Assembly (NCBI RefSeq): GCF_037042905.1
Contig: NC_087245.1
Coordinates: 1,738,001-1,798,000, forward strand
Reading direction: 5' to 3'
Source of the DNA: Lytechinus pictus
Taxonomy: Eukaryota
Length of the DNA: 60,000 nt
Shown here one piece after another: positions 33,906-47,800 of this stretch (position 1 is the first letter of the stretch; each line of letters starts with the position of its first letter). A program made the translations under genes and the position numbers. Below the pieces are notes generated by a model. It searched no databases. It was not told the DNA's origin and saw only the letters and a program-made list of their open reading frames with translations.

Positions 33906-34868
33906 TGTTTTGAGGAGTTAATGAGTTCAAATATATTTGATATACCTTTCGTTACGGACTCCCGTTCTCCGAGAAGAAATATAAATCACGCATTATTCTT
34001 TAATTTCTTACAACCGCGGAAAAGAAAATAAAACAAAATAGAAGTCACAAACATCTCAGATTAATGAACGATCGATTTGGGAATGTTTTAAAATTGTTTT
34101 GAGGTCCTTACGAGTCAAAATAAATTTTGAATACCTTTCGCTATGAACTCTCTAAGAAATAAAATGACACGTCTATTCTGACAACAGCGGAAATGAAAAT
34201 AAAATAGAACAGAATTCACAAACATATCACTAAACAGATCACTTGGATTGTGAAGCCTCTCGGCTTGATAGGGAGGTATAAACCGGGGTATAAATGATAG
34301 TCTTTAATAAAATTGTTGAAGATTCATAACATATTTGTAAAGAGTTTTGATGCAATATCGACATGATTTATGATATAAAGTCATTCTTCGAAAAGCAAAA
34401 TGAAGCTCACAGCCAGAGCAAGTGATACCTCCTTCGTCATAAGGTACAAGGTACATTGCGTAATACCTTGGGTGACCCAGCTGGGCCAAGTCTGTCATCA
34501 AGACACTCAACAACAAATTGAGATAATCTGTCGAGATTTGCTGAACCATTAAATCAGGTAAACATGAGATAAAAATCGTTTCTCTTGGGACTCATTTGGG
34601 CAGCCACTGAGGTGATTTTAAAACATGAGCCACGCGAGCAATTGCTTTGGGTGTTGATGGACATTTCATTGATTTCTTTTTTAATCAGCGACTTTACAAA
34701 TAAAAAAAATAATAATACACATTCTAATAACTTTTTAAATCTTTGATGGATTTTCTCAAACTTTCACAAATACTTATCATTATTTTTTCTCCTATCTTTA
34801 CAATAAACTTTTTGTCAGGGTGAACTCCCCCTTTAATGTTTGGTCACTTGAAAATGACACCTACATAT

Positions 34869-36935
34869 GGGCATTTTCACCACAGATGGACACAGAGGCA
34901 AAAAAATCAAGTTGATATTCATGTCAAATGCTTTATGTTTTTTAATAAAACAAGACCTGAAGTTTCTGAGACAAAAATTTTTCCGACTCTGGCAGCCAAT
35001 TTTTATTTCAAAATGGCTGCCAAAGTATGGATACAAATTAGTGTTGAAAATAGTATATTGATACATATTTTGTTTTGACAGATTTTTAAAGAACAGGTTT
35101 GATCATGATGTTTTCGCCTGTGATTTAGCTTGCTATTATAACACTCTTTAAAATCCCACAGAAAGAAACACCAGTAATTCATTCATTTGATAAAAAAACA
35201 TTGATGAAGTATGTGATATAGTATGTAATGTCAGTTACCGAAAACATGAACTTTTTTTTCTCATTTCCTGGAAAAGAGGATATATTATATGAAACTTGGC
35301 AGATTTCCTCTCTAGGTAACACCCCTCCCTTCTACACCGAAATTAAAGATTACCAATTAACAATGAAGCCATAGGGTACCATTAAATATATGTAATGTCA
35401 GTTACCAAGTGGAAAATGTAATGTCAGTTACCATGATAAAACTGATTACTGATAAAAATTGATTACCAATATTGAAATGCAAATATGTGGTCAATTTTAT
35501 GGTGAAGAAATATTGTATACTTGTTATTTAAGTCTTTCACTTTAAAAGTCACACCCACCAGAAGGAGCTTGCTATTGACTTTTAAAAGGTATAGTTCACA
35601 AGGAATACTATATGAAATTAATGAAATTGTGAAGGAAGTTGCATTCCCGTCGTGCAAAAAAAATTACTATGAAATTGTTTTGTACATGCACTTACCAAGT
35701 ACCTAATTGTTTGTATCAGACAATTTTTTGTTTGGTTTTCGGGGGGGGGGGGGGTAGGGGGGTAGGGGGTACTTTTCCCAACCTATTGCCTAAATCTGCA
35801 ACATTTTTTAAGCTTAACATTGTGATGAAGGGGATTTCCAGGGTCCCTTTTTTAGTTTCTAGGATTCTTTTGAGCATTGCCTCGCTAAAAGTAAATTCCT
35901 GGTTTTTATACCTGTTAGTACTGTGGATGTGTGATACAATTTTGTTTTTGGTTTACAAGTATAGATGAAAAGTGAAATTTGACAGTTCTGATCAATGTTG
36001 CATGGATCTACTAAAACTGTGTTTTTTTTTCTAATTTACAAATAGTTCAGTTTCAGTTTAGAAGCTGGAGTTTATTTTTTGTTGACAGCTTAAAAAAGAA
36101 ATTAACAAAGAAAATGATTAAACAAATTATGAAGAGAATTGAAATCCGACAGATATGAACAAGCATTGCTTGCACTGACCAGAATAGAAATCAATAAAAC
36201 TACATGGCTGCATGAGATTCGGGGGAGGGGTATGTGTAGCCTAGGGGAGGAGACCCTTATTCATTTTGCCTTTTTTGAGGGGAGGGGGAGGTTGGAGAAG
36301 GAAAAGGTTTAAAAAGTCAATATAAAACTGATGAATATATTATGGGTATATAGTCAGAAAAATCCATGTGTACAGTCAATGCAATATTAAATTACTATAG
36401 GAAAACATGTAGCTGCTATGACCCCACCAACACCACCCCCGCGAGTAAGTAAAACATAAATTTCTTGTCTTTTGATAATTAAAAATGTGAAGTATGAAAT
36501 TTTTTATGATTTTAAAAAGTGTAATGTCAGTTACCGTAATGTCAGTTACCAGCATGGTTGTGGAAAAATTATCATAGCCCCCAAAAGACAAAAACGAATT
36601 GTTTAATATTTTGACACATCTTAACCTAGTAACGGAGGTATATTTACATATTCAAATTATTACTCTATCTACTCAGGGACATGAGATATTTCAATTTTAA
36701 TGAACACCCTGAAATTGCATGTCCTTTTGCGTAATGTCAGTTACCAACACATTTTTGCTTGCTGATGCGAAAAAAATGTGGTTACATAGGAAAACTTAGT
36801 ATCAGAGTATACAGCAAGGTTCACTTTATTAACTCTATCAAAAGCAAACTCCCATCATTTGTTGTTTTAGAGATACACACAATGAAAGGTGTGAAAACAT
36901 TGTGCCGTTTAATGTCAGTTACCGTGAAAATGCCC
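34869..36935. mobile_element. Non-autonomous TIR element, Sola-like
   Basis: ATAT|GGGCATTTTCAC...GTGAAAATGCCC|ATAT; seven internal TAATGTCAGTTACC motifs. Confidence 0.7.
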
Positions 36936-37659
36936 ATATCATGAATGTGTTTTCAGTTGGGAAAATTTGGAAATATTCAAAATCACATCGTTTATTTCTA
37001 CCATGTTTTATTTTTTCTCAGAAAATTGAGACTTCAGAAAGATCTCTTGGGACTCATTTGGGCAGCCACCAAGGTGATTTTAAAAAATGAGCCACACGAG
37101 CAATTGCTTTGGGTGGTGATGGACATTTCATTGATTTCTTCAATTCATATACAAAATAAAATACATTTAAGAAATATAAGTTTGATGTCTTTACAAATTG
37201 ATAAATACCTTGACAACTTGATAAATTTAACACCATTTTTTCCCCTTAAGTGTTACAATAAAACACAATGTCAGACATCTTCCAATACATAATTATAAAT
37301 AATATTGTTGATAATAATATGCATTAAGAATAAAACATCTACAATAAATTCAACATATTGATTTTTTTCCAGTGTCAAATATCAACATAAAGAGATTTTC
37401 CAAATACATATTGGCATGACATATCGATTAGAAATACCTAAAAATATATTTTTATGTATTTCTAATCGATAATGTCAATCATGCGGTCTCATGCCACCCC
37501 CGCCCCTAGATTATTAATTCAATAGAAGAAACTGTACACACATCATATGTGAAAAGCAATGCAAGAAATTATAGTCTGTTTTAGATTAAAGAATGAAAAA
37601 TAAACGTTGAAAACAAGCAATTGGCCGTCAAACAAATAACATTAACTTTACATCTCGCT

Positions 37660-37752
37660 CCCGCGCCCGGGATCTCGTTTTTCTCCTTCCACAAAATCAT
37701 GCACGCACGTGTCGCCCTAGCCCGACTTCCAGCAAGCTAGTCAACACTTATT
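37660..37752 (+). other. dbr1: Candidate non-coding first exon / promoter region of dbr1
   Basis: Locally CpG-rich segment ending in donor-like TT|GTGAGT at 37753, upstream of the acceptor at ~38735; start approximate. Confidence 0.35.
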
Positions 37753-38782
37753 GTGAGTAACTTGTGACATGACAGCAGATCAGAATGACATGAGAAATTG
37801 AGAATGAACATTTAAAAGAGTATTACTTAGCAAGTAATTAGGGGGCAAATTATGTGGAACAATTCATTTTAAAATAAAAATTTCTTGAAAACTATCGGAA
37901 AACGGTATCATGTAAAAATGGAAGGCTATGTCGCACCCGGGTAGCACCGCGGACAATTCAGTTCCAATCATACATTATAGCATGCATGTCCGGCTCGGCA
38001 CGCTGGCAAAGCTAGTGAGAATGGCTCAGGCTTGGCTGGCTGGCTAGCCGGCTGGAAGTGGGAATGCGCCAGTTTCTATACATGGATATTTTCCGGTCAT
38101 CAATAATAAGATCGTAGTTTGTCGGGGTTTGTCTGTTGCCGAAATGATTCTGAAACATTCTATACTTTTGAGGATTGATGATGAATGATGCAACAATTAT
38201 TTCCGATGATTTTTCCCCACTTTTTATGATTTTTTTTTTGCCTGTGTCGCTCGCGTTTTGTGCGTGACGCATAAAGAGCTTGTGGAATTTACGTGTGTCG
38301 CATGCGACGCGTGTGTACTACACTGGCGAGAACGTTGCATGTGCGATAATTTTTAGAATACCACCCCTGGCGATGTTATAGCAACTACACCTAATTTCAC
38401 CTTTAAGTTCTTTACATTATGAATTATGCAGAATTGCATCATGATACATATCTCTAGGCAAACAATACTCAATGCATATATTTTTGCCAAGCAGAGCATC
38501 ATATCAATAGCTTTTGTTAAGAAAATCAGTACTTAGTTTAAAACCTTTAAACTGGACATGATTTCAGATTTAGATAATTCGAATGGGTATGACTAACAAC
38601 TGGAAAAAGTGAGGAGTAACCCAATCTAGCCATATATTTTTGAGAGATAGGCCTATTTCATTATGCAGCAAATTGATTTTCACCCCTGTTAACTCACAAA
38701 ATTTAAATTTCTCACTTTCTCTCTTTTCTTCAGACAGGTCTTGATTATTATTCTTGATTGGAAGACACAGTATTAGGACAGT

Positions 38783-38864
38783 ATGAGGATCGCAATAGAG
38801 GGGTGTGGCCATGGGGAGCTTGATAAAATATATGAAACTATAGCATTTGCAGAACAGAAAGAAG
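38783..38864 (+). CDS. dbr1: dbr1 coding exon 1
   Basis: ATG at 38783, [27 protein letters not shown]; donor gtaaga; acceptor near 38733-38737 implies an upstream non-coding exon. Confidence 0.95.
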
Positions 38865-41800
38865 GTAAGACTTTGATGAACCGTGATAATATAGGGGGAT
38901 TAGAGGGAGACTGGAATCAATGAATTGAGATAAACCTTCAAAGATCATACATGTATATGATTTATGTCTGTTCATAAATACTCATGTTGCTACTCTCATT
39001 TTGTAATTTGTAAGTAAGCAGCAACGAATCAGTCATTGACCCATTAAAAATCATGCTGAAGCCTTTCTCGAAAATGTTTTCTAATGTAGCCCTGTTCCAT
39101 GTTTAAAGTTTTTTCAACAACTTATTTAATGAATGTATTTTGGGATGGTACTATATTTTTAGAAAGATTTATTTTCTATGTCTTAATTTCTTCATTCACA
39201 AATTATACAAGAATTTATACTGACTTGTTTTGTAGGTAAAAAAATGTTGATTGTAATATATATCTTAGTCCCTGTTTATTTTTATCATTTTGTCACCTTT
39301 GTAATTTTTAAAGGGGAATTCATCCCGAATAAAAAGTTTTTTTAAGAGGAAAAAGAAAATCAGACAAATTGATAGGTGAAACAAACAAACAATAAGAAAG
39401 TTATGAATTTGTAAAATATTGGTAATCACTATACCCAAGGACACATCAAATTGGCCACATATGTGATGTTATACTGAGGTAAGGCAAGGACATATAGATG
39501 TATACTAATTACGCTAGAGTGCGGAGTCGCCATAGGCGCGCGTACTTAACGTCTGTGATTGCGCGGAGCGTGGTCGGCCATTGCTCGATAGGTCGAGATT
39601 TGCAAAAGTACCCGGATGTACACATAGCTCGTACTTGTAACGCTGTGAAAAAGGGTGCTGTCTCCGGCTTTTATCTTAAAGAAAAGAATCCAACCTCATA
39701 TACAATTGAAAATATGAAAGACAAAATGCATCTCAATAAACTATTAGTGTGATTACATATGGATCAGCTATTGATTTGTCTTTTTACCTGAATTCTCGGG
39801 ATGAAATTCTCAAATAATTTGCATCTACGATTACCTGTCCGTTTATAGGCCTATTATAATAATAGACAACATATTGATAACACATAAATAAATAAATAAA
39901 TAGAAAAATAAATAAAAATAAAACATTAATAGTAAATTCAACATTTAATTCAAAAGACAGTTCAGCCCATCTTCTATGGATTTCCCTACCTTTGGCTTTA
40001 ACTGTCATCGTCCTTTGGCAATTCCTTCATCCACATGATTCCATGTTCTCATCGACCAATTTATGTCGGATATAATTTTGTAATTTCAATTCAATTCATT
40101 TCACTTCACTTCAATTCATTTTTTAAAATTTCACTTCCATTCAAACATAATACAAATTATATAAATCGGATAGGCCCTCAGTTGCCAGGTATACTGACCT
40201 AATAGAGACATTTTAAGGACATGCAGTGCCATTAAACGGATATGTATCTCACTAATTAAATAATGCGAGCGCGAAGCGCGAGCTGAAAATTTTTAGACCT
40301 AAAAAGGGACATTATAAGCAATTTGTTTGTAATCATGATAAGTACCGGATCCCTAAAAAATTAAATGCGAGCGCGAAGCATGAGCTGAAATTTTTGTATA
40401 ATTATATTGACACCAAACAGGGACATTTTAAGGACTATTTTTTTGGAATCCATTTAAAGCATAAATATCACACCATAGTCATCTAATGCTAGTGCCATGC
40501 TTTGCTGATTTTATTAGAATTACATCTCAACACATGAAGTCATTGTAATCATGATTAACATACGCATCTCACTAATCAATTATTGCGAGCGCGAAATGCG
40601 AGATGAAAATTTAGGAAATTAAGACCTGAAAAGGAGCATTTTAAGGCTTGTTTGTAGGAATTCATGAACGTATTTCACTAACCAAATGATGCGAGCGCGA
40701 AGCTCGAGCTGAAATTTTTGTATATATTGAACCCAAACATGGACATTTTAAGGACTATTTTTTAGGAATCCATTAAGAGTATACATATTTCACCATAGAC
40801 ATCTACTGCGAGTGTCAAGCGCTGCTTCGCTGATTTTGTTAGAATTACATCTAAACACATGAAGCACTTTTTGTAATCATTGTAATCATGATTATCATAC
40901 GCATCTCACTAATCGAATACTGCGAGCGCTAAACGCGAGCTGAAAATTAGGAAATTCAGACCTGAAGAGGGGCATTCTAAGGCTTGTTTGTAGGAATTCA
41001 CTAAGACCGTAAGTATTTTACTAACCAAATGATGCGAGCGCGAAGTGCGAGCTGAAAATCTTTATTATTCAGATCAGAAAAATTGACATTTTAAGGACTG
41101 ATTTTAGGACTTCATGATGAAGAGCAAACACCTCACCATTCAACTAATGCGAATGTAAGCACGAACAGGAAATGTTTTATACTAAGACCTTTTAGTAGTC
41201 ATGAAAAAGAAGCATAATATTATCACTATTACCTAAAACAATAATAACTCGAATTGCGAGGAAATATATTTGGTGTATATTGACTTAAAAACGGGAGGTT
41301 TTAGTACAACAGGATTATATATCTCGTTAAACTGTCTATGCGAGCATCAATTAAGGAACAATGAAGACACATGCCCTGAGCAAATAATGTTTCATAAAGT
41401 AATGAAAAAGAAACCGTCTTATGTAATACAACAGAACATAATATAATATAACATTATAATGAATAATAATTTCTTCGTTCCCACTACGTACGTTTCTCTT
41501 CCTTTCTCCCTCTTTTTCTCCCTTTTCCCTTTTCCCTTTTCCCGTTTTTTTTTTTTTTTTTTTTGCCAGACGATTGGGGGGGCACGTGCCCCCCCCATGC
41601 CCCCCCCCTGTAGTTACGCCACTGAAGTGATATATACGCATCCAAGCAAATGCACAATCAAAATAAAAGTATTCAAGTACAGGGGGTGCGACCGGACCCC
41701 TCCCTGAAGTGAAAATGAACAGTACATAATAAAATTTGATTGTGATTTTATGCATCCCCCCGACCACCACTTTCAAAATCATTCCGCTGCCCCGTAATAA

Positions 41801-44800
41801 ACTGACATAATAATTTTGTTCACCCATGGAAATCGTATCATTAAAAAAAATGAGAAAATCAAATTCAGTATATACTTTTAAAATGACCAAAAAAAAAAAA
41901 AAAAGAATCTGCAAAACGCGTGTTTATATCTGTTTATACACATGCAGAGCCGAGAGGCCGGTGCCATGCAGTGTCAGGAAATCTTTGTCATTATCATGAT
42001 TAAGTTAGTATTTCAAGCAACACGGTCACATTTGATTAACACAAATTCAAGACAGGTATTATATTTGAGGTTGAGTTAGGATGATCACTCAACAGCCGAC
42101 AATTTGTAATATCTTATTCCAAGGATTTGTCAGTTTTACAATAGGCCTATAATTATTGTTTAATATGTTTGGTTTTCATACTCACAATTTTACAAAAGTT
42201 TTTATGATAAGTTGAAGTGTGCATGTATCTCTTTTGGGATATTATTATCAATTGGTTTTATACACTCAGTTGCAGTAATAATGTACTTCGTAGTATAATA
42301 CAAAAATTTATTATATCCCCCTCCCGCTCTGTTTATTCTCTCCTTCTCTTCCTCCTTCTTCCTCTTCTTATTATTTGATCCTTGATTGTTCACATAAATA
42401 TTGGTTCAATCATAGGATCACAATATCTCAGCCGGTTTGCCGATCAGCATGGTATTTCAGCCGGGGTGAATCAAGTCTATAGATTTTCCAGAAAATCAAA
42501 GTGAAAATCTTTGATTTTGCGTTAAACACGCATCGTAATTTATTTATCATGTTTACAAGGCAATACTGTAAACACAATTTCCCTCAATATTATAGGCCTC
42601 CTGTATACATTGCAAAATTGTACGACTGCATGCGCGCATTCGATATGCAAATTTTGCTGTCAACAAACTTTTCTACAATGATTTGCAAGTAAGAAAGTAT
42701 AATATGATCGGATGGTTGCCAACATTGGAAATATAAATCATAAACTTATTCATCAATTAACTGGACCAATGTGTAAATCATTTTCAAATATTATCAATAA
42801 AAAGTCATTTTATGACTCACGAGTTATTGTGATGACGGTTACATCGACATTTAAATCCATGGGGAAAAGGAGTTATGCCCATATGATTTCTATGTGTAGA
42901 TCTATACATGTATATATGGAAAATAAATTATAACAATTATTCTAAAATATGAAGAAATAAATTATCAGCATCATGGTTATTATGAAACTACTTGAAAAAA
43001 TGCAATTATGTTTTCTATCAATACATTGTGTCTCAGATCAGGCGCGGATCCAGGATTTTCCAGAAGGGGGAGCCGGGGGTGGATAATTCAAAGGGGGGTA
43101 CACTTGTGTTTTAACGGCATTTAACATTACAAATTTTAACTGTGCCTCTCAAAATTGGGGGGTCACGAGCCGGCTCTGCCCCCCTCCCCCTTAGATCCGC
43201 CAGTGTATCATACTGTAGACACTGCATGTGATATGGCCTGTAGGCTAAGTTAACTTTCTTGACTAAATTTCTGAGGTCAACTTGAACATGTTAAATTTGT
43301 TAATCAGGACTCCCTAGAACAATATGCCCAGGCCTACATGTTATTTTTAATATTCATCCCTTCCAAATCATTAGAAAGTCATATTAGTGTATCGAAATGT
43401 TATGACTAAAGCAAAAACAATTGGGGATGTATCATTGGCCTGTATATTATGCGCTATATTGATATAGGCATTTTTGTTCTCAGTTTTGTTAGATTTTTTG
43501 TTAATTTAAACTGTAATTCTGTACATTCAATACTATTTAACTTTTCCATCTGCTTTCGCGCTCATATGTCATCATTTTGTTCCGTTTCTGTGCTATCACA
43601 GTACATGGCCCATAGGTACTGTACGCGCATGGCAGGCTGCGAAGACCTATCGAGTAATGGCGGCCGGTCTCCGCGTAATCACAGCGATTTGACGAAGTAC
43701 GCCCTCTAGCGTTATTAGTATACATCTCTATGGGCAAGGACTACTTTTCCATGTACTCCAATACATAAAATGGCTGAAATGTCATTAAAAGAAATAACTT
43801 CAAATTATTTTTTTCTTTCATGAAGACATAAAACAATATACTACCCGGGTTATATTTTAATACTGCCCAAGGGGAATAGGTACTTAGCAGAAAACCACAA
43901 ATCCCTGATAATTCAGTACATGGCCTATGGGAAAGTTGTCCTTGCCCTTTTGTCATAATTTATTTCCTCAGTTGCCAATTTGGAATCTACATAGTCTTAG
44001 GGATCTAAATTTTTAAGCAGCCATAACTTTCTTATTGCTTGTCTGATTTCTTTCAAACTTTCACCATTCTCTTTTGTCAAATTTTCTTCTTTCCAATACA
44101 ACATTGTATGACCAAGGCTGCTTTCCCCTTTAAATGAATGTATTTATTTTTTAGGTTTCAAAGTCGATCTGCTGTTGTGCTGCGGTGACTTTCAGTCAGT
44201 GCGTAATGAAGCTGATATGGAATGCATGGCTGTCCCAAAGAAATATCGCCAGATGAATACTTTTTACCAGTAAGTATGGTTTGGTGTGAACTGAATTGTG
44301 TGCCACTTCATGGTCACTCAAAGTACCCAATAAACTAGTCTATCATCAAAAGCCTCACAAAATTCTGGCAGTTAAAAAAAATCAACTGATTTCCAACAAC
44401 TCTGGGAAAATGGAATGTCAGATACTTAACAAAGATTCTGGTATAATGCACTGCATGTGAGTTTCATTGTTAATTTGCTGTTTTGTTTTCTATTGTTCTG
44501 ATTTATGATAGGAAGTGCGGTCTCATCCTCCCCACCAGCTTCAATTTCTTCAGATCCTTAGCACAGGTCTTTGATCTTTGTCCCATACTTGTATTCCGTA
44601 TGTCTCATTAACTCTTAATTCCCAATTACATTCCCTTGTCACTCAGGTACTACTCTGGTGAGAAGAAGGTTCCAATCCTGACAATTTTCATCGGAGGAAA
44701 CCATGAGGCCTCTAATTATCTTGCTGAATTGCCTTATGGAGGATGGGTGTGTCCAGGAATCTACTATTTAGGTAATTATTGTCTACCATCCAGTACGATT

Positions 44801-47800
44801 TGCAAATAAGAATACAGGTACACACTTTTTCATTATTTTAATACGATATTCTGTAGAAATTATAATGATCAGCAAATTTAGAGTTTCTGGCGTTCCATAC
44901 AATTTCTAGCATATATGGCGGTCTATATTTCGTGTAGCGCTTGGATTAAAGTGCTCTTGTAGCTTCCACATGCATGTTTTGGTATGCATTATAGGTGATA
45001 TCATTTTGTGTACATGCACTTTATATCACCTCTCGCTCCTCTGCAGTGTGCGAGCACCACACACTGCAGTACAGTGCCAGCATGGTCTTGACCAGCTCCA
45101 CTAGAGTTTCGGCAGGGAATACAGCTAGCTAGTGCTCCGCATATTATGCTGTACCCTGAACTTGTGAGTCACTACTGCATGGAATTTCAGTGGTTCAAAG
45201 GAAGTTTAATGCATAAATCTGTTAATAGTGGCGTCCAATCCAGCAAGTACAGGAGGAAAGAAACAATCCAGAAAACGGTGCCTTGAGTTGGATTACTCTG
45301 AGAAGTGGGATTTAATTGTGAAGTCTTCAAGACTTTGCGCAGAAGCGGTGCACTTTACTGCGGCAGCCCGAACACTTCGCGTCGACGTCCCCGGGGCTAC
45401 GGTTGCTGATGCACTGTGATTGTACTGACTTAGCATGTGGTCCTTGAACCACCTTTGTTTTTGTTTTTACCAATCGTAGACATCAATACTACAAGTGAAA
45501 AGCTTGAACAGCATGAGACAGAAATACGAATTGTCAAAATATTCATTGTGTTCATTAATACAAAAGTGGTGTCAACATTCATACTTTGTATATCTGTAGG
45601 GTATGCCGGTATCGTGAACTATGGTGGTATTCGGATTGGCGGACTATCTGGTATCTATAAGAAACATGACTACAGGAAGGGTCACTTTGAGAGACCTCCT
45701 TACTCACAAGATGAAATGCGGAGTGCATACCATGTCAGAAACCTAGAAGTTTTCAGATTAAAGCAGGTTGGTTTCTCTGAAATATTTATCCAAATCCCGA
45801 TGTTATTACATCTAAATTATGAGAGAGAGGGTGATAATCTGTGTAGTGGTTTCTAATATGGTATAGAATTAAAGTAATGGCAGGGAGGGTAAATGGTGCA
45901 AGACTGATTACTCTGACATGAATAGACCCTTAAAAGTGATCTTGATAAATGTTCCATTTATATCAATTGTTTTGAAATTTCACTTATGATTTGTAGCAAC
46001 TTTTCCCTTTTACTTCCAACACCACTTTAGGCTGCTGGGGCAGCAGTCCCCCTACAGGCCTTCGCAACATCTTTATGTGTGTGAATTACATTTTTGGAAC
46101 ACCATGCAAAGCCAATCAATATTAATTTCCTTGATGCTTTTGACTTTTAGTAAAAGTTCTTTTAAATTGTTATCCAAGCATGCAACTATTAAAAGTGAAA
46201 AACAGAAATGCATAGTTTTTAAGCCTGAGTCGAATCGATTTTAAAATCGGTGCTCGATCGATGTCATCGAGCGCCGGTGCAGATTTTGCAAAATCGGTGC
46301 ATCGAAAAAAATATGTCGGCCGGCTGATTCGTTTGGTTCACACAATCAATCATCAAAATAAACAGAAATGTCCAACTTGACTACTAGTACTACTTACTTG
46401 ATTTGTATTCCCCCCAAAATGAAACCGATTGTGTAATTATGATGCCTATTCACCATTAATTTGAAGTTTATTTCGATCATAGTTCGAGTCTTACTCGTCT
46501 GCTCGTGCCGAGATAATTTATGCACGATGAATTCATGAATGGAAATCATCGATCGTGCAGCGCATGTGCTGTACTGTGCTTTAATCAAAACAGAAAATGG
46601 CCGGAAAATTGACGCAATCAACGTAAAATAAACCTTGCTATCATGAACAATATTAATATCATGACCATAGAACATTATTTAATCGTAATATTTGACAATG
46701 ATTTGCATATGATAATCATTAATATGAATTTAGAGCTTGATGTGAAACGTTTGTATTTCGTTTCAATTTTCAATGACGGACATCACATGACGATCGACTT
46801 GAGCGAGTGCACTTGTCTAAAAAAAAAATTATCACGTCAGGATTGATTCTCGAACATTGTCAACATGCAGAAACTTTTTCAAGATCGTAATATCTCCATA
46901 TAATAACATTTTACATGACAAAACAGAGAAAATTGCGTGATATTTTTTTTCCATCAATTTGAAGCTAATTTGTGCCCAACTTCGGGCTCTGATTTTCATG
47001 AATGGAAAATATGTCCTACGTCAACAACGCGCATGCGCATTGTGCTTCTTTTTCTTGGAGCTAGCTAGCTCCGGAGACGTCCAGGCCAGAGATGGAATAA
47101 AAATAAAAATAATGCCATTATAATACTATAAATACTTCCATATGAACATGACATGCTTTGCTGACATTGTCAATATCTTTAATATGGCCATAAAATCTTA
47201 TTAAATCGTAATTATTTAACTTCCAATAATAATTTATATGAATTTATTGCTCGATCCGAGACATATTTATTTCGATCGCATGCTCTTGTCTTGTGTCTAG
47301 AATTAAAAAAATATGGATTATCATATCAGGATTAATTCTCGAACATCGTCATTACTCATATTTCACAATCTTTCCTCACAATCGTTATATCAGCATTGAA
47401 TACCAATTCAAATGACCATCCAGAGAAAATTACGTATTCATTCCCGTAAATTTGGAGCTCATTTTGGATCTAACTACACAATCTCAGGCAAGTTACAGTG
47501 CTCCCGCTGGTTGCACTTTTTCGCTGGACGGGGCTGCGGGCGAGGCTGGTGTGTGCGAGTCTGGACCGCGAATGCTAGTTGACCGAAAATTGTTCGGATC
47601 GACTCTGCGTGATTCATGTCTTTGATATTGTTTCATTTTAAACTTATATATTGTCATCTGCAAATATCATTGTTGATGATATTTTGGGAAGAATCCTGCA
47701 TTGGTCCCCGGCTTTTTTGTGTTTTGTGATCATGGAAAATACAAACGAACTTTGCTCTGTCATCTGCTTGTGCAACGCTCAGCCAGCGCATACTGTCAGT

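Larger units (their letters stand above)
39312..44129. mobile_element. Kolobok-like MITE split by nested insertions
   Basis: TTAA|AGGGGAA...TTCCCCT|TTAA; the halves rejoin across the GGCAAGGA duplication. Confidence 0.72.

Noticed and set aside
34304..34549. 81-aa minus-strand ORF with CxxC pairs
   Set aside because: Short, no recognisable family, no supporting splice structure
45228..45419. Possible transposase N-terminal remnant ([12 protein letters not shown]) in a dbr1 intron
   Set aside because: Resemblance to hAT transposase starts is too short, zinc-finger ligands are missing and no clear TIR/TSD was found
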